DNA of 38,471 nucleotides from an uncultured bacterium (lineage in GTDB: Bacteria; DYJV01): contig CAZIZE010000072.1 in assembly GCA_964543655.1 (NCBI GenBank), positions 1-38,471 of the forward strand, read 5' to 3'. Shown here one piece after another: positions 35,713 through 38,471 of the stretch. The notes beneath the pieces are model-generated. The model ran no database searches and was not told the DNA's origin. It saw only the letters and a list, made by a program, of their open reading frames with translations. Position 1 is the first letter of the stretch. Each line of letters starts with the position of its first letter. The translations under genes and the position numbers were made by a program.

Positions 35713-38082
35713 TTAATTAATTTGTATTAATTTTTCAAGTAATAATTCAGGTTTTATTGGTAATGATGATATTCTAATATTGGTTGCATTTTTTATTGCA
35801 TTGGCAATTGCTGGAGCAACAGGTATTAACCCAATTTCACCAATTCCCTTTGCACCAAATGGGCCTTTTGGATCAGATTTTTCTATAAGTTTTATTTTTA
35901 TATCAGGAGTATCCATAATTGTGGGAATTTTATAATCAAGAAAATCAGGATTTAAAAGCTTACCATTTTCTAATATCATCTCTTCATAAAGTGCAAAGCC
36001 AATTCCTTGCATAACTCCACCATAAATCTGTCCTTCAAGCAGCAATGGATTAATTGCTTTTCCAACATCATGAGCTGCTATAAATTTTATAATATTTATT
36101 TCGCCAGTTTCTCTATCAACTTCAACTTCTACACCATGCGCAGCAAATGCGTATGTTTCACTTAAATTACCTTTTGAAGTTTTTGGATGCAACATCTCTG
36201 TATCAGGTTCAAAAAAAGTCTCTGTAACAATCATATTACCACTTTTATTTCCTCTAAAATGAATTCTTCTTAAAATCTTATCAAAAGAAACGTAGTAATC
36301 TTTTAATTCAGGAAATCTTTTAAGAAAAACCTTTCTATGTTTAATTTCTAAATTTTCTGGATCAAAAAGATAATCAAGATACTCTTCATTAAAATTGGGA
36401 TTATTTTTGTTCTGTTTTAATACTTCATCTTTCATAAATTTAGAGGCATAATCAAGTATTTTTTCTTTAGCTGCATTAGCACATCTAATTGCAGCTTTGC
36501 AAGATACATACATTTGTCTGCTTGCATGGGTACCTACATCCCATGGACAAACATCTGTATCGTGCCTAACAATTCTAACATCTTCTAAAAATACACCAAG
36601 CACTTCAGCAACTGTTTGGGCAATTGCTGTTTCTGAGCCTTGGCCTATTTCAGCTGCTCCTGTATAGACAAAAACTGTTCCAAAATCATCTATTCTCATT
36701 ATCATTCCATGTCCATCTGACCTGTATATCCTTGCAGCACCACCTACATGTATTAGAGAAGCAACACCAACTCCTCTATTTTTTTCTCTTTTTTCATTCC
36801 ATTTTAACTCTTTTTTTACCTGTTCAAGGCAATCTTTTAATCCACATGATGTAACTTTTAAACCCATTGGTGTGGTCTCATTTGGCTCATTGGCATTTAT
36901 AAGCCTGAATTCAACAGGGTCAATGCCTGCTTCATTTGCAAGCTCATCAATTGATGATTCAATTGCAAAATTTGCCTGAGGGTTGCCATAACCTCTGAAA
37001 GCCTGAGCATAAATATTATTGGTGTAAACACATACTGCATCAAATTTTACAGCTTCCAATTTGTATAAAGAACTCATAGGCACAAACATTACTGAAGGTG
37101 TTGTTGCTCCCCAAGAGGTATATGCACCATTATCAAGAATAGCTCTTGCTTCTCTAAAAGTTAACTTTCCATTTTCATCACAACCTTGAGATATTTTTAT
37201 AATTGAAGGTTGTCTTGGTGCCATTGCAAGAAATTCTTCAGCTCTGTCAAAAAGTATTTTTACAGGCTTTTTACTTAACCATGAAAGAAGAATAGCTATA
37301 TATTCATAGCAGTGAGTATCAAGTTTATTTCCAAAAGCACCACCAATTGTGGGTATAACAACACGAGTTGTTTTATTTCTCAACCCAAGTGCTCTTAAAA
37401 GTTGATTAAAGTCATTTTGAACAAGATTTGGAATTTGAGTGGGTAGGTAAACAGTTAAGTTATTGTTCAAATCAAAATTTGCAATTATTCCAGTAGTGCC
37501 CATGCAGCAGTGATGAGCCCATGAAGTTCTATACTCAGATTCAACAATATATTTTGATTTTTTCTTTGCTTCCTCTAAATTTCCATGCTCTAAATGCCAT
37601 TTAACAGGCAAAATATTATTTTTGATTTCTCTGCCCATAAAATCTTTTTCATGTATTTTAGGTGCATCTTCTTTCATTGCTTCCACTGGATCAAAAACAG
37701 CAGGTAATGGCTCATATTCAACTTTAATTAAATCACATGCTTCTTCTGCTATTTCCTCTGAAATTGCTGCAACTGCTGCAACTTCATCTCTAAATTGTCT
37801 AACTCTGTCACATTTTAAAGGGGGATTATCTTTTATAAATCCTATTTTAAAATCTTTTACAGGATTATTTTCTCTTGTTAAAATAGCTTTTACTCCTGGA
37901 AGCTTTTCAGCTTTTGATGTATCAATATTTTTTATAATAGCATGGCAATATTCAGCTCTTTTAATTTTGCCATACAACATTTTAGGTAGACTCAAATCAT
38001 GAATATATTCTGCTTCTCCTGACAATTTTTCAGGAGCATCAAGTTTTGCTACTCTTTTTCCTATAAAAGAAAAATTAGACAT
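35713..38082 (-). CDS. Xanthine dehydrogenase-family molybdopterin-binding subunit
   Basis: IGGAFGNK, DNGAY, AFRGYGNPQ, EIGQG, HDVGKAINP, GQIYGG, GAKGIGE; start moved to ATG 38082 (GGAGG SD). Confidence 0.9.
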   Translation of the reverse strand: MSNFSFIGKRVAKLDAPEKLSGEAEYIHDLSLPKMLYGKIKRAEYCHAIIKNIDTSKAEKLPGVKAILTRENNPVKDFKIGFIKDNPPLKCDRVRQFRDEVAAVAAISEEIAEEACDLIKVEYEPLPAVFDPVEAMKEDAPKIHEKDFMGREIKNNILPVKWHLEHGNLEEAKKKSKYIVESEYRTSWAHHCCMGTTGIIANFDLNNNLTVYLPTQIPNLVQNDFNQLLRALGLRNKTTRVVIPTIGGAFGNKLDTHCYEYIAILLSWLSKKPVKILFDRAEEFLAMAPRQPSIIKISQGCDENGKLTFREARAILDNGAYTSWGATTPSVMFVPMSSLYKLEAVKFDAVCVYTNNIYAQAFRGYGNPQANFAIESSIDELANEAGIDPVEFRLINANEPNETTPMGLKVTSCGLKDCLEQVKKELKWNEKREKNRGVGVASLIHVGGAARIYRSDGHGMIMRIDDFGTVFVYTGAAEIGQGSETAIAQTVAEVLGVFLEDVRIVRHDTDVCPWDVGTHASRQMYVSCKAAIRCANAAKEKILDYASKFMKDEVLKQNKNNPNFNEEYLDYLFDPENLEIKHRKVFLKRFPELKDYYVSFDKILRRIHFRGNKSGNMIVTETFFEPDTEMLHPKTSKGNLSETYAFAAHGVEVEVDRETGEINIIKFIAAHDVGKAINPLLLEGQIYGGVMQGIGFALYEEMILENGKLLNPDFLDYKIPTIMDTPDIKIKLIEKSDPKGPFGAKGIGEIGLIPVAPAIANAIKNATNIRISSLPIKPELLLEKLIQIN

Positions 38083-38126
38083 TTTATCCTCCAAATAATT
38101 AGGATTTAATAAAATTCAATTAAATC

Positions 38127-38471
38127 CTAAATTATTTTTTTAACAGATTCTATTATCTGAACGTATCCAGTGCATCTGCAAAGATTGCCTGATAAGGCTC
38201 TTTTTATATCTTCATCTGATGCACCTTTGCCATTCAAATTATCAATAAAAGCTTTTGTGCTCATAATCATTCCAGGAGTGCAAAAGCCACATTGGACACC
38301 GCCATTTTCAAGAAATGATTTTTGAATTGCAGAAAGCTCTCCATTTTCTGAAAGCCCTTCAATTGTAACTACTTCTTTTCCTTCTATTTCCATTGCAGGA
38401 TATAGGCAGCTATCAACATTGAGACCATTTACAAGCACTGTGCATGCACCGCATTCACCTTCTCCACAGCC
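38127..38471 (-). CDS. [2Fe-2S] small subunit of a xanthine dehydrogenase-family enzyme (5'-truncated by the window edge)
   Basis: Frame is open to the edge: GCGEGECGACTV...SC; QCGFCTPG; GNLCRCTGY. Confidence 0.92.
   Translation of the reverse strand, partial: GCGEGECGACTVLVNGLNVDSCLYPAMEIEGKEVVTIEGLSENGELSAIQKSFLENGGVQCGFCTPGMIMSTKAFIDNLNGKGASDEDIKRALSGNLCRCTGYVQIIESVKKII

Overview
AT-rich bacterial chromosomal segment. The gene order and content (aroE-pilB; recA-pilT-alaS; archaeal-type aroA'/aroB'; rubrerythrin; PxxKW protein) suggest an anaerobic deltaproteobacterial- or Deferribacterota-like organism; this assignment is inference only. Contents in order: yedF; aroE-pilB; tRNA-Gly(GCC) and tRNA-Cys(GCA); an ~11.4-kb aromatic amino-acid supra-operon (aroA', aroB', tyrA, pheA, trpEGDCFBA, aroA); a porin; a pfkA-gmhA-recA-pilT-alaS-M16 peptidase-aminotransferase-DUF401-tsaC run; nudC; a flavoprotein and larC; PxxKW; fetAB; DUF1848; TIGR02757; rubrerythrin; and xanthine-dehydrogenase-family subunits. 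Main observation: an unannotated 26-aa leader peptide (MNKIFYNTNFYFWFYFKKNMREVRPR, 4058-4138) with terminator/antiterminator geometry. It is a candidate ribosome-mediated attenuator sensing Phe, Tyr and Trp together, apparently transcribed from the tRNA promoter. The intergenic DNA also holds three families of non-autonomous repeats (two MITE-like elements carrying REP palindromes and one heptamer-array element), nested three deep at 28150-28591. Degenerate heptamer spacers separate several trp genes.
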